From Eledone cirrhosa (taxonomy: Eukaryota): DNA of 64,000 nucleotides. The stretch is taken from the NCBI GenBank assembly GCA_964016885.1, contig OZ024741.1, positions 205,716,001-205,780,000 on the forward strand. Direction: 5' to 3'. Position numbers and translations under genes: made by a program. Below are positions 28,801 to 42,205 of this stretch, one piece after another. Each line of letters starts with the position of its first letter. Position 1 is the stretch's first letter. A model generated the notes under the pieces. That model made no database searches. It was not told the origin of the DNA and was given only the letters and a program-made list of their open reading frames with translations.

Positions 28801-29470
28801 GTTCCTGAGAATGAATGAGACTAAAACAAAATATCTGGTAGAGAATGTTGAGAAGCCAGAGGGGATCACTAATGTAGGCGGGAAGCCGCTAGAATTGTTT
28901 GAGGGCTTCTTGTATTTGGGAGCAAAGATTGGGAATACGGAAGATGATGTGGTTGAGAGGAAGAGCAAGGCCTGGGCGGCGTGCCACAGCTTGAGATCGG
29001 TGTGGAAGTCGGACCTTCGTAGAGACCTGAAAATCCGCCTCTTCATTGCTGTAGTGGATCTATGCTGCTGTATGGGTCTGAGACTTGGACACTGACCAAA
29101 ACACTCACTCAGATGGTGGATGGGTGTTACACGAGAATGCTGAGGATGGCTCTGAACATTAATCAGTATACATTGAGGATGAAAAACTCAGAGCTGTATG
29201 GGAGCATCCCAAATGTCAGCTCAAAAGTGACACAGAGGAGACTGAGGTTAGCTGGACATGCTCACCGACATCCAGAGTTGACATTGCACTCAGTGCTCCT
29301 TTGGGATCCCCTACATGGACACACTAGAAGAGGAAGATCAAGGTTAACGTATGTTGATGCCCTAAGGACAGACACTGGTCTGTTGGAGACGCAGGACATG
29401 GCAGCGATAATGAGGGACAGAGACCGCTGGAGAGAACTCGTCCATGGATCTCGGGAATTTTACCCGCCTT

Positions 29471-29472
<2 letters not shown>
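28801..29472 (+). mobile_element. 5'-truncated RTE-clade LINE, RT C-terminus, frameshifted near 29060
   Basis: FLYLGA...LRSVWKSDLRRDLKIRLF, then LLYGSETWTLTK...RRLRLAGH...GRSRLTYVD...RDRWR. These are typical RTE C-terminal motifs; the fragment ends at a (TA)n run. Confidence 0.85.
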
Positions 29473-29518
<46 letters not shown>

Positions 29519-29523
<5 letters not shown>

Positions 29524-29606
29524 AGTGGGATGGCGTTATCTTATGACTAAAACACCACGACGTGCTGTGACCAGCGGCGCCAAATGGACGCCCGACAGAC
29601 TGGTCG
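29519..29606 (+). mobile_element. Short 3' stub of a LINE/SINE with a tandem-repeat tail (TCAAGGTGA)x2, between (TA)n runs
   Basis: Ends ...ggtcggtcaaggtgatcaaggtga. Short tandem tails are characteristic of RTE-type 3' ends (inference). Confidence 0.45.
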
Positions 29607-29621
29607 GTCAAGGTGATCAAG

Positions 29622-29673
<52 letters not shown>

Positions 29674-30176
29674 GCAACCCCATGCATTGAACCACAATGT
29701 TACTAAGACAAAACCTATATATTTGCTAGCATTGATATGCATCTGTATGTATATATATGTTACTAGATATTAATTCTTTATAATTATCTCCAAATTATTT
29801 GTCGAGCAATATTGGCCATGACTGCTGCTATGGTAGTAGGCAGGCGGCTGTCTTATTAGCAAACCACTTTCCACTGATTGACCTCGATGTCACGTGATTG
29901 ATTCTTTTTGAATTTGCCACAGACGCAGAGGCAGTGATTCTCTCAATGGCTAGGAATTCAGTCCACGCTTTGCTATTTCCTATCCACTGAATTATTTTTT
30001 AATAAGTTTCCAGAGTCCTCGCTTTGCCTGGAAACTTAGCTGAGAATAGACTTCCCTGACGACGGAATGTTTCTCAATATCTTCTTCGGAAAATATATTT
30101 ACTCCATTCCAGAAACTAATTAGTTGGAAGTGATATTTTAGTAAGTAAGTTAATTTTATAATTTTCTTATTTTACG

Positions 30177-32001
<1,825 letters not shown>

Positions 32002-32013
32002 TATATATATATA

Positions 32014-32663
32014 TATAAACGGAAAAAATGAAACGAAATTTCATTTCTCACTCTTAGTACGGCTGTTACTTAAATATAAGTATGTATACGTACATACATA
32101 TATGTATACAGACGCACAGTAGTATGTATATATATATATATATACATACATGCACACATATATATATGTACGTATGGATTCACCGAACATTTATTATAAT
32201 GCTGTATACATATATGTATGTACGTATACATACTTATATTTAAGTAACAGCCGTACTAAGAGTGAGAAATGAAATTTCGTTTCATTTTTTCCGTTTATCG
32301 TTTTCGGTACCCCGGCCGATTAACTCACTCGATATGCAAATTAGGCTGCTCGGCCGTTAGTGTGCATAGGGAAGGTGTATACTTTCAGACGTTCAACCAT
32401 CTAGCAGGAAGGTATACGTTACTGACGATGGCTAATAAGCTTGAAGCTAGTACAGCGTTCCTTTGTCAGTGTTGAACAAACGAGCAACGATGGTTGCTAG
32501 ACACTGTACGGCTTAATTCGGGATGTTTACAAACACACCAAGCATTATAATAAATGTTCGGTGAATCCATACGTACAAATATATATGTGTGCATGTATGT
32601 ATATATATATATACATACTACTGTGCGTCTGTATACATATATGTATGTACGTATACATACTTA

Positions 32664-32670
<7 letters not shown>
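32014..32670 (+). mobile_element. Small non-coding retrozyme/pLTR-like unit (~427-bp period) preceded by an inverted partial copy, in (TA)n
   Basis: CTGTATACATATATGTATGTACGTATACATACTTATATTTA occurs at ~32202 and ~32629. Segment 32014-32203 is the reverse complement of the joined end+start of that unit. A degenerate hammerhead lies inside. Confidence 0.6.
32417..32457 (+). ncRNA. Degenerate minimal type I hammerhead ribozyme
   Basis: CGTTA-CTGACGA-TGGCT AATA AGCTT-GAAG-CTAG-TA-CAGCG. The CUGAnGA core is intact, GAAA is changed to GAAG, loop III is the palindrome CTAG, and stem I has one mismatch. Confidence 0.5.
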
Positions 32671-32703
<33 letters not shown>

Positions 32704-32814
32704 ACTATTTAATATAGAAATGGCTTCTACACGCCTAGAACTGTTTCATTCGTATTCCAGATAATTTCATACGAATGAAACAGTTCTAGTCCTATAGAAG
32801 CCATTTCCCTATTA

Positions 32815-33035
32815 AATAATTGTTTCTACTTTTGACACAAGGCCAGATATTACCAAGTGCATTACTGGTACTTTATTTTATCGTCACCGTAAGGATGAAA
32901 AGCAAAGTTAACCTCGCCGGGATTTGAACTCAGAATGGCAAGGGCAGTAACTCTATGCGTCAAAGCATGGCGTCCGACCCTCTACCGATACTGTTGGCAG
33001 TATCGGTAGAGGGTCGGACGCCATGCCTTCCAGCA
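32815..33035 (-). mobile_element. tRNA-derived SINE (minus) fused head-to-head with a second SINE head (plus)
   Basis: 32815-32993 is the reverse complement of the SINE at 56431-57823. 32998-33026 repeats its 5' head on the + strand. Confidence 0.85.
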
Positions 33036-33212
33036 TACTCTACTAATGCATTGAGTATTTTTACTCGATTTTACTCGGGATCTACACACACATACATGCG
33101 CGCGTACACATACGCATACACACAGATATGTGTGCGTCTGTAATCTCTTCGTCATCAACCTATGATATTGCTTTCTTTGTCCATGTTGATCTCTTGATAT
33201 CTAACAATAGCC

Positions 33213-33288
33213 TTTCCTGCTGTTATAGTTCTTCTCTTTCCTGCTGTTATAGTTCTTCTCTTTCCTGCTGTTATAGTTCTTCTCTTTA
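33213..33288. repeat. 24-bp tandem repeat x3 (TTTCCTGCTGTTATAGTTCTTCTC)
   Basis: Read directly. Confidence 0.85.
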
Positions 33289-34476
33289 TCGCTTTCGTCG
33301 TCATTGTTGTTATTTATTTGTTGTTGTTTTTGTTGCTGTTGTTTTTATTATTGCTTTTATTTCTCTGTCGCTAATCAGTTGTGTTTCTCGTGAACAATGC
33401 TTGGGGAATTTTCGCATGCGCATACTCCTACATGTGTGAGTGACTGTATGTATGCATGCCATTCATGTGTGTATATATGTAGTTAAGTAGATTTTTTGTT
33501 TTGTAGCGATAGAAAGAATTGGTTTAAGTTTATTGTTCATTTGAGAATGGCAGAGGTTGTAGTAGTAATTGTTGTTGGCTTGCTGGGTGAATATGAAGAA
33601 GATAACATTCTTACATCGAAGCTATTCTTGATAAAACAGGAAAACAATAAAAACCAAGTGAACTGTGTGTTATGTTTGTGTGGTTGGTGTACGTGAATGC
33701 AACAGTAGTCTGACCAAATGCATTGAACTAACCTTTGTCCAAGTAGCAACCCCATCGAGAGGGCTGCATTACATCTCTCCACTGTTTGAGCAACTCGAAG
33801 TAATGGCTTTTTCTTCCGAGAACCGAGAGCGGAACGGCTTTAAGAAAATCCTATCCCATTTAACCCCTTGTTGGCTAGTTTCTCCTGCCTACAGGCGCCA
33901 ACCCGGGATAGAGAAAAACAGGGCCCTCGTGTCGTTTACGGTTCAGTATGTGTGGAGAGATTTCGCTATATATATATATGTTTAACGAATATATATATGT
34001 TTAACTATATATATATATGTTTAAATATATAATCATATATATTTTATTTGTTTGACCCGAATTACTTGGTCGTTTTTATGGTTGTGCGGATGATTGTTTA
34101 ACCATCGTCTCAGTGAGTTTGGCCTTTAACGTATGTTGTAGCTCTGATTCATCTGAATCATTGAGCGCTTGCCACACATCTCGGAAGTTGTTTTTCGTTA
34201 ATTCCTAAGCCGAAATACGATTCTCGCTAATTTATATTTATATATATATATATATATATATATTTCGTTCCTGAATTTGTTTAGCAAGATTCTTTATCTG
34301 AAATCGTGTGTTGAAACCGATATTGTTATACTTAGGGAGGGTCATGTTGCTAATAAGAAACACACGCACCAGTTGCTTTCACTTCAATTTATTATAATAA
34401 ATTTATAATAAATTTATAAATTTATAAATTTCTGGTTGGTTGGTTGGTTCCACAACCAGATAGTTGTTTATATGTT

Positions 34477-34520
34477 GTCATAGTTCTTTCGTCACACACT
34501 CTGTGACCTCTTCAGTGACT
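34477..34520 (-). ncRNA. Minimal type I hammerhead ribozyme (PLE family A)
   Basis: Minus strand reads AGTCA-CTGAAGA-G-GTCAC-AGAGTGT-GTGAC-GAAA-GAAC-TA-TGAC. Confidence 0.75.
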
Positions 34521-34899
34521 GGGGATTCCTTTCTTTGAACACAAGGGTAAATTAGAGAACATAGAAATAAAAATAGAATCTACACACAGAAAAGACGCAA
34601 TGTTTAGACAAATTACAGAGGCAATAAACATAAAAGAATTACAACCAAAATTAAATAGAAAATATGAGTGGAACAGCAACATCACAACTTACAATTAAGG
34701 ACAAAATGAAAACACACACACACATAGAACAAACAACCAACCAGTAACATGTAAATAAACAAATAAATAAATGAACATAAACACACACAGACACCCGGAT
34801 GTGGCGCATGCGCAGACTGAGCACACAACACACACACAGAAACAAAATGGCGTAGGACAGAACAAAGGAGAGGCACAGAAACAAAGAAAGGAATCCCCA

Positions 34900-34942
34900 T
34901 TCACTGAAGAGGTAACAGAGTGTGTGACGAAAGAACTATAAC
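34900..34942 (+). ncRNA. Decayed copy of hammerhead family A
   Basis: TTCA-CTGAAGA-G-GTAAC-AGAGTGT-GTGAC-GAAA-GAAC-TA-TAAC. Cores are intact; stems I and II carry mismatches. Confidence 0.55.
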
Positions 34943-35728
34943 AATATATAAACAACTATCTGGTTGTGGAACCAACCAACCAACCAGAAATTTATAAATT
35001 TATAAATTTATTATAATAAATTGAAGTGAAAGCAACTGGTGCGTGTGTTTCTTATTGGCAACATGACCTTCCCTAAGTATAACAATATATATATATATGT
35101 TTAAAATAAAGAAATAGTTATATAATGGATAGTATGGTAATATGTATAGAATAGATATGTTGATTATTTAGTTGTTATGATAATAACAATGTTGTTACAA
35201 GAGATTACATGAATATAATATAAAGAATATAAGAATAAATGAGTTGGTTATATATAGTTTACTTCCGTGAATCAATTAAAAGGTATTTAACAGATGATAA
35301 GGGTAATTTAATACGGGGTCGATAAAATAAAGTACCAGTAATACACTGGGTATTTGCTGGCCTTGTGCCAAAAGTAGAAACAATTATTTTGTTGTTAATG
35401 TGAGGCTGTTGTAGTCTGTTGTTGTTGTTGGTGTTAAAACAGCGAGTTACAGATAATTGTTGCTGTTGTTGGAATTTGGAATCCGTGGTAGTAATTGTTA
35501 GACCGTTAGTTAGTAAGATATGGTTTGTATATCTCTGAATGGTCTGTAATAGTTTGTAGGCCACTGTGGCTTGTACATGGTCTGTAGTAATAGAGGTTCC
35601 AATCTCTGTGTGTGTATCTGTAGACTTCATGGGGTCTGTTGGTAGATCAAAGGGGTCTGTTGATAGCAGTAATCCTTACATAGTTAGTTGTATATCTTAT
35701 TATATATATATGTATATATATATATAGT

Positions 35729-36247
35729 AATTCAAATTATTAACAAATATAGACATTCGTGAGATCAAGTATATTTTATTATACATATTTAGAGGTACTG
35801 AGCTATCTTCAACAGTACGTCCTCATCAAATAAAATAAGATGATGCATGACATACCTTGACTAAGTAGATGGTTAAAATTCAGTCATAAGATAGGACAAA
35901 AATCAATATTTATATACCTTAAGATTGAGACATGAGAAAATTACATATAATACAGAGGGTGCGTGTGAGAAAGCTTATAAAGATACATAATAATAAACAA
36001 CTACTAATATAATATAAACCTACATAACTGTTAGAAATTTAAATAATTTAAATTATTGAAGAAAGAAGTGAAAGACAGAGAGAGAAACAAGAGGAAAAAA
36101 GAGAATGACTAGAAGTATAGAATTATCATATGCACGAAGGCAAAAGAAAATTGATTAAGGATAGAGAAAGGAGGAGAAAATAAATTTTTATAGTATAAAA
36201 CATAGATTTTTATTGTGGATAAATAGCGCATAATTAGATGATGCAAA
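35729..36247 (-). repeat. Left arm of a ~520-bp inverted repeat (partner 41556-42102); PLE terminal-repeat-like, with an inactivated hammerhead at ~35772-35837
   Basis: Reverse complement of 41556-42102. Here the core reads TTGATGA and the G of GAAA is missing. Confidence 0.85.
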
Positions 36248-36340
36248 TTTAAGGTCGTAAAAAATTATGACCTTAAATTAGAAGTTGAAAGTAGTACCAA
36301 AATAGTTAATTTCCTTGACGTCACCCTTAACTTAAACATA
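36248..36340 (+). mobile_element. Naiad-like PLE RT fragment starting right after the inverted arm
   Basis: Translates KNYDLKLEVESSTKIVNFLDVTLNLN; compare KKLGLDITFELNSKKANFLDVTLNLN in ORF 47235-47603. Confidence 0.75.
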
Positions 36341-37359
36341 CAACCCAGTATATTGTTATAATTGGTGACCCCGAGAAAAAAATAATAGGACCGGTGTTGT
36401 GTGAATATGGAAAAAAGAAAATTAATTAGCAGTATTTCAAAAAGAAAAAAATTCCTTTCACAACATTCCACATGTATTTTTTCTCCGAAACGAAAAATAG
36501 AATTAATCTTTTTCTCACCAGCAAACAAACAAGAAACAATTTTGCTCTTCACCTCACGTGTTTACATCGTTTAAATGTGTTTCACTCACTGGATATATCC
36601 TTCGTTCTTCTCACAACGAATACTCAAAAAAAGACTTGGACTCCTGTATACTTTCTTATATTCAACATGTCAATTTTGATGAACATCACAGCTCGCTTAC
36701 TCATTCAACTACTCATTTTCGCTACTTTTTCATCACTTTCACAAAAAAATTGAACTCTCGCCATAATTTGTTATACAAAGTGAATAAAGCCTTTCCTTCC
36801 TTTTCATCATATTGTCACGTTCACACACACATTTTTCAAAATGGCTGCCAACGACCTGTTCCACTATCATTTTCGCGCCATTTTTTCGCGCAATAGAAAT
36901 ATTTTTTTTATTCAACTTGACTTTAACCTTGTTTCGGCACGTATGTGGGAGCACACATCTCGAATCACTGAGATAATACACGCCATAGATAATGTTTCTT
37001 GCCAATGATTCTCCAGCCTTAAGCTATATTCTCCTATTTGCCGGTTTAGAACAAAACACAGAGAATTTATTTTTGCAGCACTCTTCCTGTGAGAAAATCC
37101 CACCGCCTTTGGAGGTTGGGAATTTCACGTTGTACCACAATCCAGAAACCATCTGCATACATTCTCTGGAAGACACACCCTCTTTCCTGCTGTCATGTGC
37201 TTACATACCTGTTAACTTTATTTTTGAACATTTGAACTTTTTTTTTAATAACTATGTTCGAGCACGTTTCTTTGCTCATGTTACCTCTTCTTTTAGGTTG
37301 ATTACATTGTATCTTTGTGTGATGGATAGATGTCCAGTCGTTCTCTGGCCAAGAGCGGT

Positions 37360-39760
37360 TCAGACTCAGACTCAGAAGCTCCCGCGTCTTGCGACGCATG
37401 AGGCAATCATAGTGTTCCACCGTGTTCGGTCAGCAGCCAGTTGCACAGCGTCCCGCCATTGTCTGTTTGTCGCTCGCAGGTCCCTCTCAACTGTCTGGCG
37501 CCAGTTCATTTTGGGTCGCCCTCTCCGGCTGCTTCCCTGTGGGTTCCATTTAAGTACTTGGTTCGCCAATCTCTCCGGGGGAAGTCTCAAAGCGTGCCCA
37601 AACCAGCCCAGGCGTCGCTTGCAGATGGCAGAAGAGACTAGCTGCTGGTTGGTGCGGTTCCTGACTTCCTGGTTTGTTACATGGTCACTCCATTTAATCC
37701 CCAGAATCTTTCGCAGACACCTGGAATCGAATGCGTCCAACTTCTTCTCTTGGCTGGTCTTAAGGTGCCATGTTTCACTTCCGTACAAGAGTGTGGACAG
37801 CACGTTGCTGTTGTAGAATCTCATCTTTGTTTTGAGGGTGAACTTCCTGCTCTTCCAGATCTTGACAAGCTGGTTAAATGCTGCTGAAGCCTTTTCCATT
37901 CTACATTGCAATTCACTGTCCATGGCGCCCCCATTGTCAATGGAGCTTCCTAGGTAGGTGAAGTTGTCCACTATCTCCACCTCCCCCTGTTCAATGAAAA
38001 CACTAGTTGGTGATGGGTGTGTCCCAGATAACATGCTTTTGGTCTTCTTAGCACTGATATTGAGACCTAAGCTTCCTGCTTCGACATTGATATTGTTCAT
38101 AATGATTTGCAGGTCAGCTGTGCTCTCTGCAAGTGCAACAATATCGTCTGCAAAGTCCAGGTCAGACAACTTTTGCTCTCCCACCCAAGATATACCCTGG
38201 TCTTTAGACGCTCTTCTTAGTACCCAGTCAATGGCTATGGCAAAGAGAATTGGAGAGAGCGAGCAACCTTGACGCACACCAGTAACCACCTCAAACCAGT
38301 CACTGTAACCATCCTCTGTCCGTATGCAGCACTTGGAGTTTGCGTAAATCTGTTTGATTGCCGAAATGACTTTCTGGGGCAGACCATACTCATGCATGAT
38401 GTTCCAGAGTGACGGTCGATGAATGCTATCGAATGCTTTGGAGAAATCGATAAAGCTGACGGCGAGGGGCCTCTGGAATTCGTTGTACCTCTCAATGATG
38501 CGGCGTAACGTAAAGATCTGCTCTGCACAGGAACGTTTTGGTCTGAATCCTGCCTGTTGTTCTCGCAGTTCCCGGTCTACCATGCCATGCATGTGGTTCA
38601 GGATCATCAGACAATAGACCTTCCCTGGTATGGAGAGAAGTGTCACTCCACTCCAGTTGTCACAATCGGCAAGGTTGCCCTTCTTGGGGATACAGACAAC
38701 CGCTCCGTTTCTCCAATCTTCTGGGACTTCACCCGTGTTCCACACAAGATATCATAAGTGGCCCATCCACTTGACCATGCTTTCGCCTCCTGACTTCAGC
38801 ATTTCAGCAGAAATGCCATCCATACCTGGTGACCTGTTATTCTTAAGGGTTTTGATGGCCATGCGGACTTCCTTCTCGGTGAAGTCATCAGTATTGATAG
38901 GCAACAAACTAGTAGGTTCCTTAGTGTCTGCTGGCACACGTGGCTCCGGTCGGTTGAGGACTTCCTTGAAATGCTCAGCCCATCTGACTACCTTTTCTTC
39001 ACCCTTGGAAAGCAGCGTACCATCTTTCGCTTTCACCGGGCCTGAGTTATCTCTAGAGCTGCCGGTGATTTTCTTGGCAATTTGGTACACAGAGCGCATG
39101 TCATTGCGTGCCGCAGCTGCTTCCGCCTCCTCTGCCTTACCCTCAAGCCACATTCGTTTGTCCTTTTGGGCGCTGCGTTTCACCTCCTTGTCCTTGTCAA
39201 CATACTGCTGATATACCTTGATGGCCTCTGGGGTAGTGGCATGCCTCTGCTGGTGTAGGGCTTTCCTTTCATTAATCAGCTGCCAGGTGTTGTCGCTGAC
39301 CCAAGCTTCTCTGAGGGACTTCCTGTAGCCCAGGATTTCTTCCCCTGCAGCTTCCATGGTCTTCTTCATTTCCTCCCACCAATTGACCGAGCCTGGTACA
39401 GACTCCTCAAGGACAGCAAATCTGTTCCTCAAAGCAGCCTCGAACTGTGCTTCTGTGTCACCGTTCTTCAGCTTGGTAGTGTCAAAACGCCTTGTAGTGA
39501 GTGCTCTCTTCTTCTGCTTCCTCAGTCTGATTTTAAGTTTGGTAACAGACAGATAGTGGTCACTGCGGACATCTGCGCCCCGGTAGACTCGGACGTCTTG
39601 CAGGCAAGGAGTTCTCCAACTTGGTCCAATCGCAATGTGGTCTATTTGCGACTTGGTCCTGTGGTCGTTCGAAGCCCATGTAACCTTGTGGATGTTCTTG
39701 TGGTCAAATAGTGACGAGCCGATTTTCATATTGTTCATGGCACAGAACTGGACAAACCTT
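37360..39760 (-). mobile_element. RTE-clade LINE (APE endonuclease C-terminus + RT), 5'-truncated, one frameshift at ~38750
   Basis: ORF 38752-39738 has TW...SQIDHI...SDH (APE end) and SPGMDGI. ORF 37372-38745 has QAGFR, FIDFSKAFDS, GVRQGCSLSP, DLDFADD, YLG and LYGSETW. The 3' tail is (TCTGAG)n at ~37360-37377. Confidence 0.95.
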
Positions 39761-39898
39761 GATATCTATCATTGATTTTTGCATGCTCATTTTGTTATTT
39801 GCTTGCTCGTGTTTTGTTCATTCATGTTCTTGTACATTTTGCCTTGTTCCTCGTGTTCTCGCTACAATAATTTCATTTGGTCATTCGACTTCTCGTCT

Positions 39899-40165
39899 GG
39901 GAGGGGAGTCCTGTAGCGCTTTCTAGACAGGAAGTAGCTGGAGTTACTTCCCGTTGAGGTTGCAGAACCTTCTTTGTGACTTCCGTCCAGGGAACTATAA
40001 AAGGAGAGAGCTGAAAGCTATCTCCCTCTCTTTTCACCTTTTGGTTGCTGGCCTTCGGCCAGGCGCGTTCCGCCGAAGGTATACTCTCTCGCTGCCTGAC
40101 TGCAAAAAGGTAAACAACTAACTTTCTTTCGTCGTGAAATTACTAGCCAACATGTAACACAACAA
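39899..40165 (+). mobile_element. Possible 3' LTR with upstream polypurine tract
   Basis: GGGAGGGGA lies just before TGTAGCGC..., there is an internal TATAAAA (~39996), and the segment ends ...TGTAACACAACA. No partner LTR is visible in the window. Confidence 0.35.
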
Positions 40166-40547
40166 CTTAACCACGGCCTGGCAACATTTCCGCCAGTAGA
40201 CCGTGTCTTCTGAATTCCTTAGTTCATTGTTTCATCTCTCTTGGCATGTCAATTATTCAACTCTACTCAGCTCAATCTTCGTAAATAAATAGTACAAATA
40301 GGGGAGTCTGACTGCATCGTCCGAAGAATCCAGACGTCAATAGCTTCGCTCTGGCGATTAACCACGTGATGGGATCCCCGCCATGAGACCTTCACGTGCT
40401 AATCACTGCAGTCTAAATTTCGGAACATTAAACACCCAGGTATAACCGAAGCATTTATTCTTCTTATTATTGTTGTTTCATCTAATAACCGTGTTAATCC
40501 ATTTGACAATTTCCTATAACATTTAATTGTTATAAGCCTTTGGCATT

Positions 40548-41280
40548 CTAGTTTTATAATTGTTAATTATTTTCTAAATTATATAATGATTATTTTTTAA
40601 TATAATTTTTTAATATAATTAAATTTGGATTATCTTCGGGTTGATGAAAATCTTAAGTCTTGTCTTTCTCATGTTTGCAAACACTTTAGATATGATATTA
40701 TACTATAATATAAATCCTTTAAAATTTTCTTGTATTTTAATATTATATAGCTTATATATTTGACACTTATAGGATTGCAAACCATTCATATATTTATTTT
40801 GAATCTGTGTTTTATGATTCATGAAGTTTGATTTGTATATTTATAGTATTTACATGATCCTAGTTGAATAATTTTTTTAATATAATACTTGACATAAAAC
40901 TTTATTTTTAACACTATTAACAGTAATTATATGTATTATATATAACTGACTAATATCGTTTTAAACTTTAAACAATGTACTCTTTGTAAAAAATTAGACA
41001 AGTGAATATATCTAGTTTAATAATATCCTTTTTAAGTACACTTATATCGCCTTTGGATACTTAAGGGCATTCTAATTTTAATTTTAAATTTGTAATTGTA
41101 ATTATTTTCTAAATTATATAATGATTATTTTTTAATATAAAACTTCTTTAATATAGAAAAAAATTGTTAATATAATTTAATTTGGATTACCTTCGGGATG
41201 AAGAAAATCTTAAGTCTTTTCTTTCTCATGTTTGCAAATACTTTAGGTAGGATATTATACTATAATATAAATACTTATAA
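40548..41280. repeat. Imperfect ~190-bp direct repeats (~40548-40725 and ~41069-41280), AT-rich
   Basis: Both copies share AATTATTTTCTAAATTATATAATGATTATTTTT and GAAAATCTTAAGTC...CTTTCTCATGTTTGCAAA. Confidence 0.8.
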
Positions 41281-41555
41281 ATTTTATAGTCAGAAATCTT
41301 ATGCCATTAGATTAATTCACTATTTCTAACTAACATAAAGATTCGAAATTTAACGGTCATCCGGATGCGCTGGGATATATACATTTGATTAATTGACTAT
41401 TTCTTATTAACTTAAGGATTCGAAAATAAACCGTCATATAACTACACCCAGATATATATTTGATATTTTGATTGATTGATTATTTCTGGATAATTTAAAG
41501 ATTCGAAATTAATCATTCACAAAGTTATACCCAAATATATATTTAAATATATATT

Positions 41556-42102
41556 TTTGCATCATCTAATTATACGCTATTTATCCACGACAATAAAAAT
41601 CTCCCTCCCTATGTATTATACTATAAAAATTTATTTTCTCCTCCTTTCTCTATCCTTAATCAATTTTCTTTTGCCTTCGTGCATATGATAATTCTATACT
41701 TCTAGTCATTCTCTTTTTTCCTCTTCTGTTTCTCTCTCTATCTTTCACTTCTTCTTTCTTCAATAATTTAAATTATTTAAATCTCTAACAGTTATGTAGA
41801 TTTATATTATATTAGTAGTTGTTTATTATTATGTATTTTTATAAGCTTTCTCACACGCACCCTCTGTGTTATATGTAATTTTCTCATGTCTCAATCTTAA
41901 GGTATATAAATATTGAGTTTTGTCCTATCTTATTCACTCCCATGACTGAATTTTAACCATCTACTTAGTCAAGGTATGTCATGCATCATTTATTTTATCT
42001 GATGAGGACGTACTGTTGAAGATAGCTCAGTACCTCTGAAATATGTATAATAAAATATACTTGATCACACGAATGTCTATATATTTGTTAATATTTTGAA
42101 TT
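41556..42102 (+). repeat. Right arm of the inverted repeat; PLE 3' terminal-repeat-like
   Basis: Reverse complement of 35729-36247; contains an intact hammerhead. Confidence 0.85.
41991..42057 (+). ncRNA. Type I hammerhead ribozyme (family B)
   Basis: TATTTTAT-CTGATGA-GGAC GTACTG...CAGTAC CTCT-GAAA-TATGTA-TA-ATAAAATA: 8-bp stem I, both cores, near-palindromic stem III. Confidence 0.8.
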
Positions 42103-42205
42103 AATATTAATAACTCCGGAAAACCATTACTGTGGAGTGCTTCTAATCTATTGTAAAACTTTATTCATTGATTTATTCATTGAACCTTGTTTAACCTTTA
42201 AATAT

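Larger units (their letters stand above)
34262..35087 (+). mobile_element. 5'-truncated Penelope-like copy (GIY-YIG C-terminus + 3' terminal repeat, 34536-35087) with an inverted terminal-repeat copy (34262-34536)
   Basis: 34536-35087 matches ~55563-56140 (EHKGKLENIEIKIES...LNRKYEWNSNITTYN). 34262-34536 is the reverse complement of ~55930-56198. Flanked by (TA)n. Confidence 0.92.

Noticed and set aside
36992-37816. 274-aa plus-strand ORF, and other antisense ORFs over the LINE/PLE copies
   Set aside because: Mostly shadow frames of retroelement ORFs; no recognisable product.
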